From contig NW_024704742.1 in NCBI RefSeq assembly GCF_018977255.1, positions 91,638,001 to 91,702,000 of the forward strand: DNA of 64,000 bases. The letters run 5' to 3'. The DNA comes from Callorhinchus milii (lineage: Eukaryota). The notes under the pieces were generated by a model that saw only the letters and a list, made by a program, of their open reading frames with translations, did no database searches and was not told the DNA's origin. The translations under genes were made by a program, and so were the position numbers. Below are positions 1-11,722 of this stretch, piece after piece (positions within the stretch are counted from its first letter, which is position 1; each line of letters opens with the position of its first letter).

Positions 1-425
1 AAAGCACTATATCAAATGTAAGTATTATTATTCTAATACAATATTTCAGTTAATCAGGAGGACCTGAAAGACCAACACTGAGATTTCTCACACTGTTTGC
101 TGACTGCCATCAATCAGGTACATGAAAGTGTTTGGCTGCTCTTCAGTGCGTGGAACAGAAAGAGCTGCATGTCATTTGTGTTCCGAGTTGGATGATGCAT
201 TTCAGCCTGATGTGTGTTCTCGTCAAGGGGATATTCATGTCATATCTGATGCTGGTTCTCGTTTAGCAAACAAACTGATGGCCCCTTTGCAAATGGGTAG
301 GGTCTATTTCTTTTCAATACTGTGAGTGGTGCTTGGCACTAGGACAGAGAGACAAACAGCTTCCACTACTTTAGCTAATACACACAAAGGGTAGAATTTC
401 TGGCAGTGAACACTAGATGGCAATC

Positions 426-482
426 AACAACAACAACTTGCATTTGTATAGCACCCCTCACACAGGGTAACATCCCAGAGTG
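426..482 (-). mobile_element. L2-clade LINE extreme 3' tail fragment
   Basis: caacaacaacttgcatttgtatagcaccc is the reverse complement of the L2 tail ...gctatataaatgcaagttgttgttg. Similar short tails at ~21125-21198, 24081-24145, 37936-37990, 43525-43580 and 49840-49895. Confidence 0.6.
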
Positions 483-846
483 CCTGTTCCCGCTCCCAAT
501 TGTCTGACTGCCCAGTGTCATGTCTAATTGTGCAGTGCTATTATCAGTCTTCATTGAGTAGTTATTAGGAAGCTATTGGGTCCTTTTTTATAAATTATCT
601 TGAAATGTTTATTGTGGAGCATTAAAGTAATGTGAAAGGTACTCAGCAAAATAGAAGTTAAACAAAGTGCTAAAATGTTTCAATGCTGGCTGAGAGCTAA
701 AGTCTCCATGCCTCACTTTTGTGTTAATAATTATTTGGAGCTTGTGACATTTATAATAGATTTTGAGTTTGATGTATGTAATGGCCTGATTATTGCATGA
801 AACAATAAAATTTTTGCTAGTAATACCGTTACATGAATCACTTGTA

Positions 847-1035
847 AAGCAAAAGGCAAAATACTATAGATCCTGGAAATCTGAAATAAAACAGAAGTCG
901 CTGGGAAGACCCAGCAGGTCAGGCAGCATTTATGGCGAGAGGAAATGTCATTCACCAAAACGTTAGCTCACTTTCCTCGCTCCATAGATGCTGCCATGCT
1001 ACGGAGTATTCCCAGCGACTTCTGTTTTTATTTCA
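847..1035. mobile_element. Penelope-like element-derived inverted-repeat (hairpin) element
   Basis: Arms 882-906 (tgaaataaaacagaagtcgctggga) and 1010-1035 (tcccagcgacttctgtttttatttca) are complementary, with inner ggcagcatttatgg/ccatagatgctgcc. Flanked by direct repeat cttgta (841-846, 1036-1041). Family call is from recall of the common shark repeat. Confidence 0.6.
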
Positions 1036-1078
1036 CTTGTAGAGGGTCAATGGCAAGATGTCTCTGGCCTAAGAATTG

Positions 1079-1505
1079 TTGCATTTGATATTACACTTTT
1101 CCTGTTCTGGGAATGTCAAAAATCGCTTAGCAGTTTACTGTAAAGTGTAGTGACTGTATATTGTGTATTGATTACATATTTGTTAGATAAATGTCGTTGT
1201 CATATTTACTCACAGCAATATCCCAGAATCAGATATGACATGAATATCCCCTACACATTTCGTGTGCCCAGCCAGCAGTGTTGATCGAGTGCTTTGGGAC
1301 ATCCTCCCAACATGAAAGGTCCTGTATAAATGCAAATTGTATTTTTTTTATTTGGGGGATTGTTGCCCAAGACACCGGGTGAAACTCCCTAATCATATTC
1401 GAATAATGCCATGGGAAGTTTAACATCTACCTGAACTGGCAGATGGGACCTTGGTTTAATATTTCATCTAAAGGACAGCACTTTTGACAAGAAGAGCTCT
1501 CCCAG
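1079..1505 (-). mobile_element. DeuSINE/SacSINE1-like SINE, degraded, with a + strand L2 tail at ~1285-1340
   Basis: Reverse-complement Deu-domain motifs (gccatgggaagtttaacatctacctgaac...gggaccttggtttaatatttcatc) and tail ttgcatttgata. Confidence 0.65.
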
Positions 1506-1788
1506 TACAGGTATGATTGTTGCTCATTACAGGTGTACAAACAAAGGGAAAAGCTGAGAATTGGAGTTTGGGAGGTAAAAGCTGGGTTTAACTAGTGCAA
1601 TAGTGACACTATTGAGATAGTGTTGTTACTGAACCTCAAAGGGTGAGTCATGACAATAATCACGTAGGCTCCTGTCTTCAAATAAGGAGAAGTGGAGTGA
1701 GTGACGCATCCGGCTTAAGTGGAGCTTTTCATTTTTCGGGTGTGTGGAGAATGAAAGTCAATGTTTGCCCCTCCCTCTCTCTCTCCCA

Positions 1789-2081
<293 letters not shown>

Positions 2082-2701
2082 AAGTCAGCTCAAGAGTTTC
2101 CGTCACTTGATGGGAGACATTTAATGACGCAGGTTGAAGGTGACCTTTTGGAATGACTGGCAAGTGAGGTATGCAGTGCATCCATTGATCTGTGAGGATG
2201 AGGAAACAACATTATCTCCAAGGTAAAAATGGAGCTACAAGTTCCCCAAACTCATCTCCAGGCACTTCTCCCTAGCAAGGGGATTTCCAAAACTTTGGGA
2301 TTGCTGGAAACAAAATATGTTTCCAAAATCAAACAGTTGGCCTGATGGGAAATGAAATTGTAAAACACTGACGATTGACAAAACCGGACTGTGGAGGTGC
2401 TGCACCAACCTGTGACTCAGGTTTAGTAAGTCAGAAGCAGTAACTGTAAATACACGCATGATTGGTTATGCCTCATTGTATTGTGCCAATGTTCAATGTC
2501 TCTAAAGAGTCTTCAACTTTCACTTCTGCTCATAATTGTAATTATTAGAGCAGTTTTAGTCTGTAGGAGAGAGTAACATTACAAGGAAAGAACGTCTACT
2601 TTATAACACTTTTATCACGTTAAAGAACGCAAGGCATTTTATAGTAATTTATGTTAACTCGAGCGACTGCTTTTGGGATATAATGGGATATGTTCCCGTT
2701 A

Positions 2702-3030
2702 TAGTCCTGTATCTTAGTGGTTTGAGCACTCACCTCGCAAGCGAGAGGACCTCGGTTTGATTCCCGGACAGGGGGAAACATTAAGCAACTTTTCTGACTC
2801 TATATACCTCTGTTTATCCAGCAGTAATAGGTACCTGGTCGTTCGTTGATTGGCAGATTGCTTTTCTGGGCCAATAATCACTTTAAAAAAAATGTGGTCA
2901 CTCAATCCACGACTATTTTGGGACACTGCTTTGCGCAATTGACTACCACATTTAGTCCATAAAATACGTAATCAATTCACTTTACAGTATATTCTATGAA
3001 CCGCTTTGAGACGTCGCAAGAACTGACACA
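2702..3030 (+). mobile_element. SINE-A (tRNA-derived), long form
   Basis: A/B-box head (tagtggtttgagc...ggtttgattcc), central cctctgtttatccagcagtaataggtacc, Deu-like 3' part. Confidence 0.85.
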
Positions 3031-3032
3031 AA

Positions 3033-3720
3033 TGTTGTACAAAAATATAGATGTCATTAATTCAGATGAATTATAAGAAATTAAAAGAATATATCACATA
3101 ATGCTTACGTATGCTTACGAATTGATGCACGGTTCACAACAAATTAAGTTGACCTAACCAAATGCTGCAGAAGAGATAGAGTAGCAGTGTCCAATGTAAT
3201 GTCCATTTTAATGTGTCCTTCTAATCCAAATATCTATGTCCATCCAAAGGTGTCCAAGTATTGTTGTACGTTTCTCAGTTTGATGACCCAAAAGCTACCA
3301 GGTGTTATTGCATGTTCAATTTGATCACTCGAAAGTATCCAGGTATCATGGCACGTCCAATTCTCTTATAGCATGTCCAATTCGATCCCTCTCTTTGGAT
3401 TCTTTCTGCTGATTCTCTTCCGAATCGATCTCCATTTATACAGCTCCTTAGGTGACCTTTCACTTATTGTCTTTTGCAAAATGGTTCTTTGTAAAAAATA
3501 CGACACAGCTCTCTCTCCAGCTGCAGACCATTTTTCCATGAGAAAATGATTGATAAAGACTGAAAACAGTTTATTGTTTATAAACAGTTTCTTGTTTCTT
3601 CTGCGAAGCTAGTCACAACCTGCTCCTATCACGTGTGATTGATCACACCTCAAACATATATATAAACATTGCTAATATAATTTGAGATATTATTTAACAC
3701 ATTAATTACAGAATCTAACA
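3033..3720 (-). mobile_element. Possible solo LTR
   Basis: Minus strand starts TGTTAG at 3720 and can end ...ACA at 3033 or 3052. TATA-like gtataaat near 3435 on minus; internal short repeats (tgtccaa). No TSD found. Confidence 0.35.
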
Positions 3721-4083
3721 CCTCTAGTGTATTGGTTAGAGCACTCACCTCGCAAGTGAGAAGACCTGGGTTTGATTCCCCGGTAGGGTGAAACCTTAGG
3801 CCAGTTTTCTTACTCCACATACCTCTGTTTACTTAGCAGTAAGTAAGAACCCGGTTGTTAGTCAATTAGTGGATCACTTTTCTGGGGGGGTTAATCCCTT
3901 CCAAAAATTTTTTAATATAAAAACAATAATAAATATTTTGTCACTCAATCCACGATTGTTTGTGGTATGCAATTCACTGCCCACAACATATACAGTCAAT
4001 TCACTGTATAGTACATTCTGTGAGGCACATTGAACCGTCTTAAAGACAAAGCCATCTTGATTGCAAGAATTATTATCATTATC
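3721..4083 (+). mobile_element. SINE-A long form
   Basis: ttggttagagcactcacctcgcaagtgagaagacctgggtttgattccc; central domain present; degraded tail. Confidence 0.85.
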
Positions 4084-5540
4084 TGTGACCAGAGCTCTCT
4101 CTCCTAGTCCTTCTTGATCGTTCTGCCATCTTCAACACTGTTAACCACCCTATTCTTCTCCACCGCCTCTCTCAGCTCCATTTTCATGGTTCGGTTCTTG
4201 CCAGGTTTCACTCTTACCTTTTTCCACCATCTTTACTTTGCATCCACTATGGCTATTCCTCCAGCCCTCGCACTGTCACATGTAGTATTCCTCAGGGCTC
4301 TGTCCTTGGTCTTCTCGTCTTTAATATTTATATGTTCCCACTCGGTGATATCATCTGTGGGCACGGGGTAACCTTCTACATGCATGCGGTTGACATCCAA
4401 CTCTACCTCTTTGCCTCCACCCTTGACGCCAGGATCACAATCTGACGAACTGTCTGTCAGTCATCAAATCCCAGATGAGAGCCAGTTTTTCCAGTTGAAT
4501 GACGACAGGATGAGCCACTGAGCCAGTCTGGAACTTTGGCATCTTGTTCGACCCTCAACTGTCTTTTAAACCCCACAACCTCAGGCTGCTGAGACCCTCA
4601 TCCATGCTTTCATCACATCCAAGCTTGACTACGCTAACTCCCTGCTCGCCAAATTTCCCAACTCTTCCCTTCACAAGATTATTCAGAACTCTGCAGCTTG
4701 TGTCCTCTCCCACACCAAAATCTGTGAGCTGATCACCCCCATTTTCACCCAGCTTCACTGGCTCCCTGTACCCCAGAGGATCGGGTTTAGGATCCTTTTC
4801 ATCACTTTCAAAGTCCTCCACAGTCTTTCTCTTCTCTACCACTGCGACCTACTAACACCTTGCCAACCTTCCCGTTCCTGCGGCTCAGTGGGCACTGGCC
4901 TGTTCCATGTCCCCGTCCTGCCTGCCCTACAATTGATGGATGTGCCTTCAATCTTTATGCTCCCACACTCTGGAACTCTATCTCAGGGTCCTTTTGCCTT
5001 GTCCCCTCTCTCACCTTCTTCAACAACAACAAGTTACATTTACACAGCGCCTTTCACATCAGCAGGACGTCCCAAGGCGGTGGACAGTCAAGGATTTGGA
5101 CCCAAGCAGGGATCTGGGATCAGGAGGGGTGGAGGCCAGGGTGGCGAAGAGCAGCATGGTGACCAAATGCGCGGTCGAAGAGGAAGATCTTGAGACGTGC
5201 CTTGAAGGAGGCAAGAGAGGGAGCGAGGCGAAGGGATTGTCGGATGGAGTTCCATAGGGTGGGAGCAGAAAGGCTGAAGGCCCGACTACCATTGGTGGAA
5301 CGGGTTGGGCGGGGGGACGGAGCTTGCTGAGTGGAGGGAGCGGAGAGGTTGATATGGCATAAGCAGGTCACAGAGGTAAGAAGGCTCATCTCAAGACCTT
5401 TCTCTTGATCGTGCCTTTGGTCATCTTCCAGTTGCCACTCCTCATGGCCCCCTCTTGATTCCATTCCCCAGCTTGGGTGCAAACCCTTGACTGTCCACTT
5501 CTTCCCGACACTATATAAATGCAATTTGTTGTTGTTTTTG
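4083..5540 (+). mobile_element. L2-clade LINE, 3' part of ORF2 (RT) and 3' end, decayed; interrupted at 5021-5380
   Basis: Frameshifted RT/C-terminal motifs (LFDPQLSF, ...APTLWNS) and tail ctatataaatgcaatttgttgttg. Confidence 0.85.
5021..5380 (-). mobile_element. L2 3' fragment inserted antisense into the older L2
   Basis: Begins caacaacaacaag (tail, reverse complement); translates RAFSLSAPTLWNSIRQSLRLAPSLASFKARLK. Host resumes at aaggctcatctcaagacc. Confidence 0.85.
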
Positions 5541-5722
5541 TTGCTTCTGCGCCGATCTCACCCAATTTGTTCAGCTCCCACTCGCTGGTCTCGCAATGCT
5601 CACTGTGAGACATGGAAATTCTAGGTGCCTCACTTGTCTCTCACCTGACGAGCTGACACTGGACAGGAGCGATGGCTCCATTCTACCCCATGCTTGATGA
5701 TACAGTGCAGGCTGCTTTCTGA

Positions 5723-5754
5723 CACAGTACATCAAGAACCCACAAGGGGGCGCC
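5723..5754 (+). promoter_or_regulatory. Candidate CTCF site (core plus upstream module)
   Basis: CCACAAGGGGGCGCC at 5740-5754 matches the CTCF core; CACAGTACA at 5723-5731 sits at the spacing of the upstream TGCAGTNCC module. Confidence 0.55.
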
Positions 5755-6174
5755 TCACTCCTAGACTTGGCTTTTGTCAGTGACCAATACAGGAAATAGT
5801 GTGGTTGTTGAACTATAAGCAATATTTATCAATCATAGCTCAGTAACATTTAATCTGACTTGCAAAACAGCACAGCACACAACCAAATCCCAGTATACAA
5901 CTTTAGATGGGCAAACTTCATTGGTACGAGGACCTAGCTTAGTGACATAAACTGGGAGCTGCTTCTCGTGGGTAGATTAGTTGAGGGTAAATGGGCATGC
6001 TTCAAAGATATTAGGCAGAACATAATAAACATAATAATAATCCTTGCATTTGAGATAGTGCCTTATCACACTGTTGACTGTAAAATGAATGTTGTGGATG
6101 AAATTATGAAGTACGCCAAGTAAACACCTGAGTGCAGCAGAGACAAATTATCACCTCCCCCAAGCCCTCACATT

Positions 6175-6425
6175 ATAATAATAATAATCCTTGCATTTGA
6201 TATAGCGCTTTTCACGTCTTCTAGATGTCTTAAAGCGCTTAACAGATATACTGTAAAATGAATTGACCGTATATTTGTGGGCGAAACGCGGCAGCCAATT
6301 GCGCACAGCAGTATCCCACAAACAGTCGTGGATTGAAAATGACCAGTTTATTATTGTGTTTTGGTTTGGAGGGATTATTAGGCGTGTGGAGTAAGGAAAC
6401 TTGCCCAAGGTTTCGCCCTACCTGG
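6175..6425 (-). mobile_element. SINE-A short (deleted) form, 5'-truncated
   Basis: Junction ccacacgcc|taataatccc; diagnostic TCTAGAAG; probable TSD ttataa at 6173-6178 and 6426-6431. Confidence 0.88.
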
Positions 6426-7689
6426 TTATAACAGATCTGTGAAAGAAATGGCCACCAAATTGCTTCTGGGGTGACCACGACATTACTTTCCACTGGACAG
6501 AATGGCTTACTGCGTATGTCTACAATTGCTCAGCCTAGAAATGCACCCGAGAGTAGTAGAGACTGACTGGCTGGCTTTCTCCTCACCTCATACACATGCC
6601 AGTCCGTGCTGGGAGTCAGACATATACTGCACCTCTGGTAAATCCTGCAGGTCCGTGGGACATCTGTATTATATGCTTGTACTTCGTAACCAGTAGTCTG
6701 GTGTTGGGCAGAGTACAAGGCTGTACAGAAGGAGCTAAATTTGAATTGGGGAGACTAACTGGAAAGGACACAGCAACAGATGCAAACCATCATACCAGAT
6801 AATATATCTAATATTATAACTAGGAGTATATTCAGGGATATTTATATTTCCTAAATACTGTATAAACTGTCAATCAGTCAATCAATTTCTATAGCCAAAA
6901 TTGTTCTGAGGCAAAACTGATCATTGTAGCAAATCTTTGTTTCTAGTGCTTTATTAAAAGTTATGGAGGGAGAAAGTTTTACGATCAAAATCTGATACAA
7001 TTCAAATAACAATAGAGTAATTCAGTTTGACAAACTTATTGTAGCTGGAACTCATTCAATTGGCTGTGTTTATCTACAAAATACACAGTCAATACACTTC
7101 ACAATATATCCTGTGAGGTGCTATGAACTGTCCTCCTGAAATGAAATCTGCAATATCAACTGTAAGGGTTATTATTCTTCTACTCCAGCAGCAGATCACA
7201 TTGAATTGGAATTTACGTGGGAGGAGTCCATGGTGTGACTTGGAATCCCTTTGAGAAATACCACAAATTAGACCTGTTATCTCAGGATTTGATTATAGAC
7301 TGTGGGAGCCTAATGAAGGGAAGGGAAATCAAAGATACAATAGGAGTACAGTTTATAATATGTGGTGACTTTATGGGCTTGTAATTTCAATTGTGCTTGT
7401 CTCATCAGTTTCCAACTCTCAGGCTTTATAACTCATTCAGGTAGTTCTCACCACTGATCTTGTTCACTGTTTAAACAAAAATACCATTGGACAAATAGAG
7501 ATAAACAGCAAAAATATTGATCACAGTTCTTTAACATGTGGACTTTTTTTCTTAAATGGGTCTTTTTATTTGCCCTTCAAGCAGGGTAGTGTCTTATAGA
7601 ACTTTAATGGCTTTAAACTTGAAGTTCACCTATGCTCATTGACGGGAGGTAATGCATGTTTACCATCTATATATGATTTCCCTTTGTTT

Positions 7690-7815
7690 ACAATGGAATG
7701 CATGCTCGCTGCGCAGATGGACGCACCCTCCTTAACAAGTTCTGAAAGCTATTTCACAGGTTAGCAAGTTCCAAGGCTTGGGGACTCCAGAGTTTGCATT
7801 GAGGTGCTGATTAAG
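7690..7815 (+). repeat. Unclassified interspersed repeat family X, copy 1 (partial)
   Basis: gacgcaccctcct...ttctgaaag...gcaagttccaaggcttggggactccagag, shared with the copies at 8090, 19204, 21197. Confidence 0.7.
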
Positions 7816-7914
7816 TGCCACCGATAAGTTTTCAAAGACATATCTTTCAACAATCTACAAAACTTAGCCCATTAAACAAAGAGAGAATTCAATACAATAA
7901 AACATTGCAATCCC

Positions 7915-8045
7915 AAATTACATTTGTAAAGCGCCTTTCACATCAGGAGGAGGGAGCAGACAGGTTGATAAGGGGTTAGCAGGTTGGAGAGATAGAAGTA
8001 GGAGAGGGCAAGGCTGTTGAGGGCCTTGAAGGTGAGGACGAGGAC
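7915..8045 (-). mobile_element. L2 3' fragment with internal deletion
   Basis: ttacatttgtaaagcgcctttcacatcaggagg...gggccttgaaggtgaggacgagga. Confidence 0.65.
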
Positions 8046-8089
8046 ACAATGAGCTGTGTGCTGAAGTTATGCAAGGTATCTGGCACACA

Positions 8090-8485
8090 TGGAAACCCAT
8101 CGCCATTTGTCCAAACCAAGCTGAAAGTTTCATATATGTATGTCACCTACGTATGTGGATAGCCCTTTGTCTGGAATGGAATGCACACACTCCCTCGAGA
8201 GACGCACCCTCCTAACCTAATTCTGAAACGAATTTACAAAGGTAGCAAGTTCCAAGGAAATCCAAAGTTTGTACTGAGGTAATACTGCTGTTCAATAATT
8301 TAAATCTGCAGAGCTTGTCATTGTGAATAGTGTCTGGTAATCTTCTTCCTGCTTGTTCAGCTGGGACCATTATGGCTTTGGATTACAGGGTTACCAAGAG
8401 CGAAATGGGAAGAATCTTTGCTTATTTTTCAGTGATTGGACTTCCAAGTCCTGCCAATGATCCAGGTTGGCTGGTTATCAGTAGT
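8090..8485 (+). repeat. Repeat family X, copy 2
   Basis: Collinear with 19204-19597 and 53091-53335 (ggaatggaatg..., ggctttgg...cagggtta, ttccaagtc...ccaggttg...gttatcag). Confidence 0.75.
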
Positions 8486-8554
8486 GTATGCACACTTTCC
8501 TGAAACCAGACTATCAAGCCAGCCACAGAGGCTCACCTCTATTTTGATATTCTA

Positions 8555-9372
8555 TTACAGATGGAGGCCATTCAGCCTATCTTGACTGTCGATTCTTTGA
8601 AAGGAGTATCCAATTCAATCCCACTCCCCCACTCTCTCCTCATAGCCCTGCAAACGTTTCCTCCCCAAATAATTATCTATTTCTCTCTTAAAAGCTGTTA
8701 TCGAATCGGCTTCCACCACCCTTTCAGGCAATGCATTCCAGATCCGAACAACTCACTGTGTAAAAACATTTCTCCTCACCTTCCCTCTGTTTCTTTTAAC
8801 AACTATTTTAAATCAGTGCCCTTGGGTTACCAACCCACCCACCAGTGGAATAGTTTCTCCTAACGAATCTCCTCATAATTTTGAAAACTTCTATTAAATC
8901 TCCTCTTAACCTTCTCTACTCAAAGGAGAATAATCCTGGCTTCTCCAGCCTCTCCTGATAACTGAAGTCCCTCATTCCTGGTACCATCCTGGTAAACCTG
9001 CTTTGCACCCTCTCCAATGCCTTGACATCCTTCATAAAGTGTGGTGCCCAGAACTGAACACAGTCTCTAGCTGAGGCCTAACCAATGTTTTATAAAGGTT
9101 CATCATAACTTCCTGACTTTTGTATTCTATGCCCCTATTTATAAAGCCGAGTATCCCGTATGCTTTTTTAACAGCTTTATCTCCCTGTCCTGTCACCTTC
9201 AAAGATTTACTTATATGAACCCCCGGGTCTCTCTGTTCCTTCACTCCCTTTAAGACTGTACCATCGGCTGATATTGCCTCTCCTCATTCTTCCTCCCAAA
9301 ATGCATCACTTTGCAATTCTCCACATTAAACTTCATCTGCCACATGTCGGCCCATTTTACCAGTCTGTCTAT
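8555..9372 (-). mobile_element. CR1 LINE, ORF2 C-terminus and 3' UTR, decayed
   Basis: ORF 9032-9244 (RDPGVHISKSLK...AYGILGFINRGIEYKS...LYKTLVRPQLE); upstream WADMWQMKFNVENCKVMHFG; 3' UTR ggctgaatggcctcc. Confidence 0.92.
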
Positions 9373-9904
9373 TGCCAAGATTGTCACTTTGAGCCATCTG
9401 AACCCAAACGAGATCCCACTTACCTCCTGCCAAAGAGGATAGATGAACTTCTTAAGCTTAAAGCCATTAGTGTCATAAAGCTGCCATGGTTAAATAAATC
9501 TTCTTGAACACTGGCTCAAATCATTGGCCATTTCAAAAAAAGCTAAAAATACCAAAAGCAAAATTTCTTTCCAACTAATTGACGTGAAATACCAAGGCAC
9601 TAATACCTATCTCTCAGCATCTTTAATGTATTTACCTCATCAGTGATGAGATAGTTCATTTCAGCTAGTATTTTTAAAAACATATAAGGATATTGGCAAG
9701 ACAAAAACAAACTTAAAGAACTGATGTCTTATATTATGGTCCTTTATGATATAACACTATTCCTAAACATAATCATTGCATGTATTTTAAAACCTATAAG
9801 ATTTGAACATCTCAAAGTGCTTCACAGGTAATCACTTTCACGTGTTGTGACTGCATATGAATACCCCTCTGCCTAAAAAGCCAGGGTTTGAAGTAATAGA
9901 ATAA

Positions 9905-10130
9905 TGGAAAGTATACAGCAAACATGGTGGCCATTCAGCCCATCATGTATGCGCTGTTACTAGTTTTCCCACTGGAGCTATTTACGGTAAGCCCATTCCC
10001 CTGTGTTTTTTCTCCCCTCCCCCTCCTTTTGTTAGATGCTATTCAGACCATTATATGCGTGTTAGTAATAATTTTCCCACTAGAACTATCTACATCAAAT
10101 CCATTCTCTTTTCTCTCAGTATCCCTTTAA
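9905..10130 (-). mobile_element. Two tandem diverged CR1-like 3' UTR fragments
   Basis: ggccattcagcccatc...ttttcccactggagcta repeated as ctattcagaccatt...ttttcccactagaacta. Confidence 0.55.
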
Positions 10131-10182
10131 TATTTCAGTATATCTGAAACCCATGTATTTGCGTAATTTCTGACTAATTTAT

Positions 10183-10500
10183 TGTACAATATTTTAAATG
10201 GGATTGAAAAAATAAATCCAGATCAATACTTTTGGATGTATCAAGCCAGTAGAACAAGAGGACATAGGTTTAGAGTTGTAAAGGGCAATTTCAGGAGAAA
10301 CACCAGAAGCTTTTCTATGCAGAGAGTAAATAACGATTGCAACACAGTGTCAGGAAAGATGGTTAAGGTAAGACTGGATCATTTAAAAAGCAGCCTGATG
10401 CAGTGATCGGGGCATGGTAGGGTGGGTGTTCTGCAGGGATGAGATCAGATGGGCCAAAGGGCTTTCTTCATTCAGGCAATCATGTGATCTTGTGATCTTG
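10183..10500 (+). mobile_element. CR1 LINE 3' end
   Basis: YNILNGIEKINPDQYF...SRTRGHRFRVVK; tail tgtgatcttgtgatcttg. Confidence 0.85.
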
Positions 10501-11285
10501 AACAATACTTGTACCATTTCAGTTTAAGTCAAAGTTTATGGGTAAATATTGTGGAAGTTGCTTACCAAGATCCAAAAGGTCCCACATCTAAAGCCATTAC
10601 AAAAATATTTACAATCAATCCTATAATTACTATCCTGCATTATAATGTCAATTCTCTTGTTAGATAATTTTAATCTATTGATATTTGAGATCAATTCTAT
10701 ATCATTGATGCTTCTCTATTTACACTACAACTGTTGAATAAGTTTAGATCTAGATTTGCAGGTGATCTATTTTTTCATGCTTCTTCCTTAACCTTTCTTT
10801 TTAATTCCTCCAACCACCTCCTACCCCACTGTGATATAGTTGCATTGTTGATAGGGAGGGTACAATTCACCCCAAGTGGCCATTATTCAACATCAACAAC
10901 TTGCATTTATACAGCGTCATTCACATGGCTTAGTGTCTCAGAGAACTATTCATGTGTAAACATTGACAGTGAAAAAATACTAGATTTCTCTACACAATGT
11001 TTGCACTCCTTATTTGGAGCCCAGCACTCCCTTCTTTTACATGATGAAACTGGCTTTCCTGTTCAAACTGGTCTATTATGAGCTTAAAAACTAGAGTGTG
11101 CTTAAAAGCAAGATACTAGGAACAGTGCACTAATTCCTCAAGTACATAGAGTCGAAGGTAACACTTATTAAGAATGAACACATATGCTGATGTTCATCAA
11201 GGTGTTCCTTGTCTTATATTCGCACAAGAAAAAACCTCAGATTTTGCCCCAATAATTCTTGACTTTCATATAGTCACTGTTTTAG

Positions 11286-11722
11286 TGTCAGCTTGGCAAA
11301 GTTGGTAGCACTCTCTTCTGAGTCAGAAGGTTGTGGGTTCAAGGCCCATGTTGGACTGTAAACGCATAGTCTAGACTGACACTCCAATGCATTGGTGGAG
11401 CTGTACTGGATTGTTGGAAGTGCTGTCCTTCAGATGAGATGTTAAACTAAGGTCCAGTCTGGCCTGTTCAGCTGGACTTTAAAAATCCTGTGGCCCTATT
11501 TGAAAAGATAAGGGAGTTTCTCCCGGTGTCCTGGACAATAATCCCTTAGATAGAATTAAACATTCACTTCATGGCTGCTTTTGGGACATTGCTGTCTGCA
11601 AATTGGCTGCTGCATTCACCTACAAAATACACACTATCGTTGCACTTCACAGTAAATCTTGTAAAGCATTTTGAAACATCCTTCTGATGTGAAAGGTGCT
11701 ACATCAAATGCAAGGATTATTA
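11286..11722 (+). mobile_element. DeuSINE/SacSINE1-like SINE, near full length
   Basis: tRNA-like head gtgtcagcttggc...ctgagtcagaaggttgtgggttcaag, Deu domain cagatgagatgttaaactaaggtcc, L2-like tail. Confidence 0.85.
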
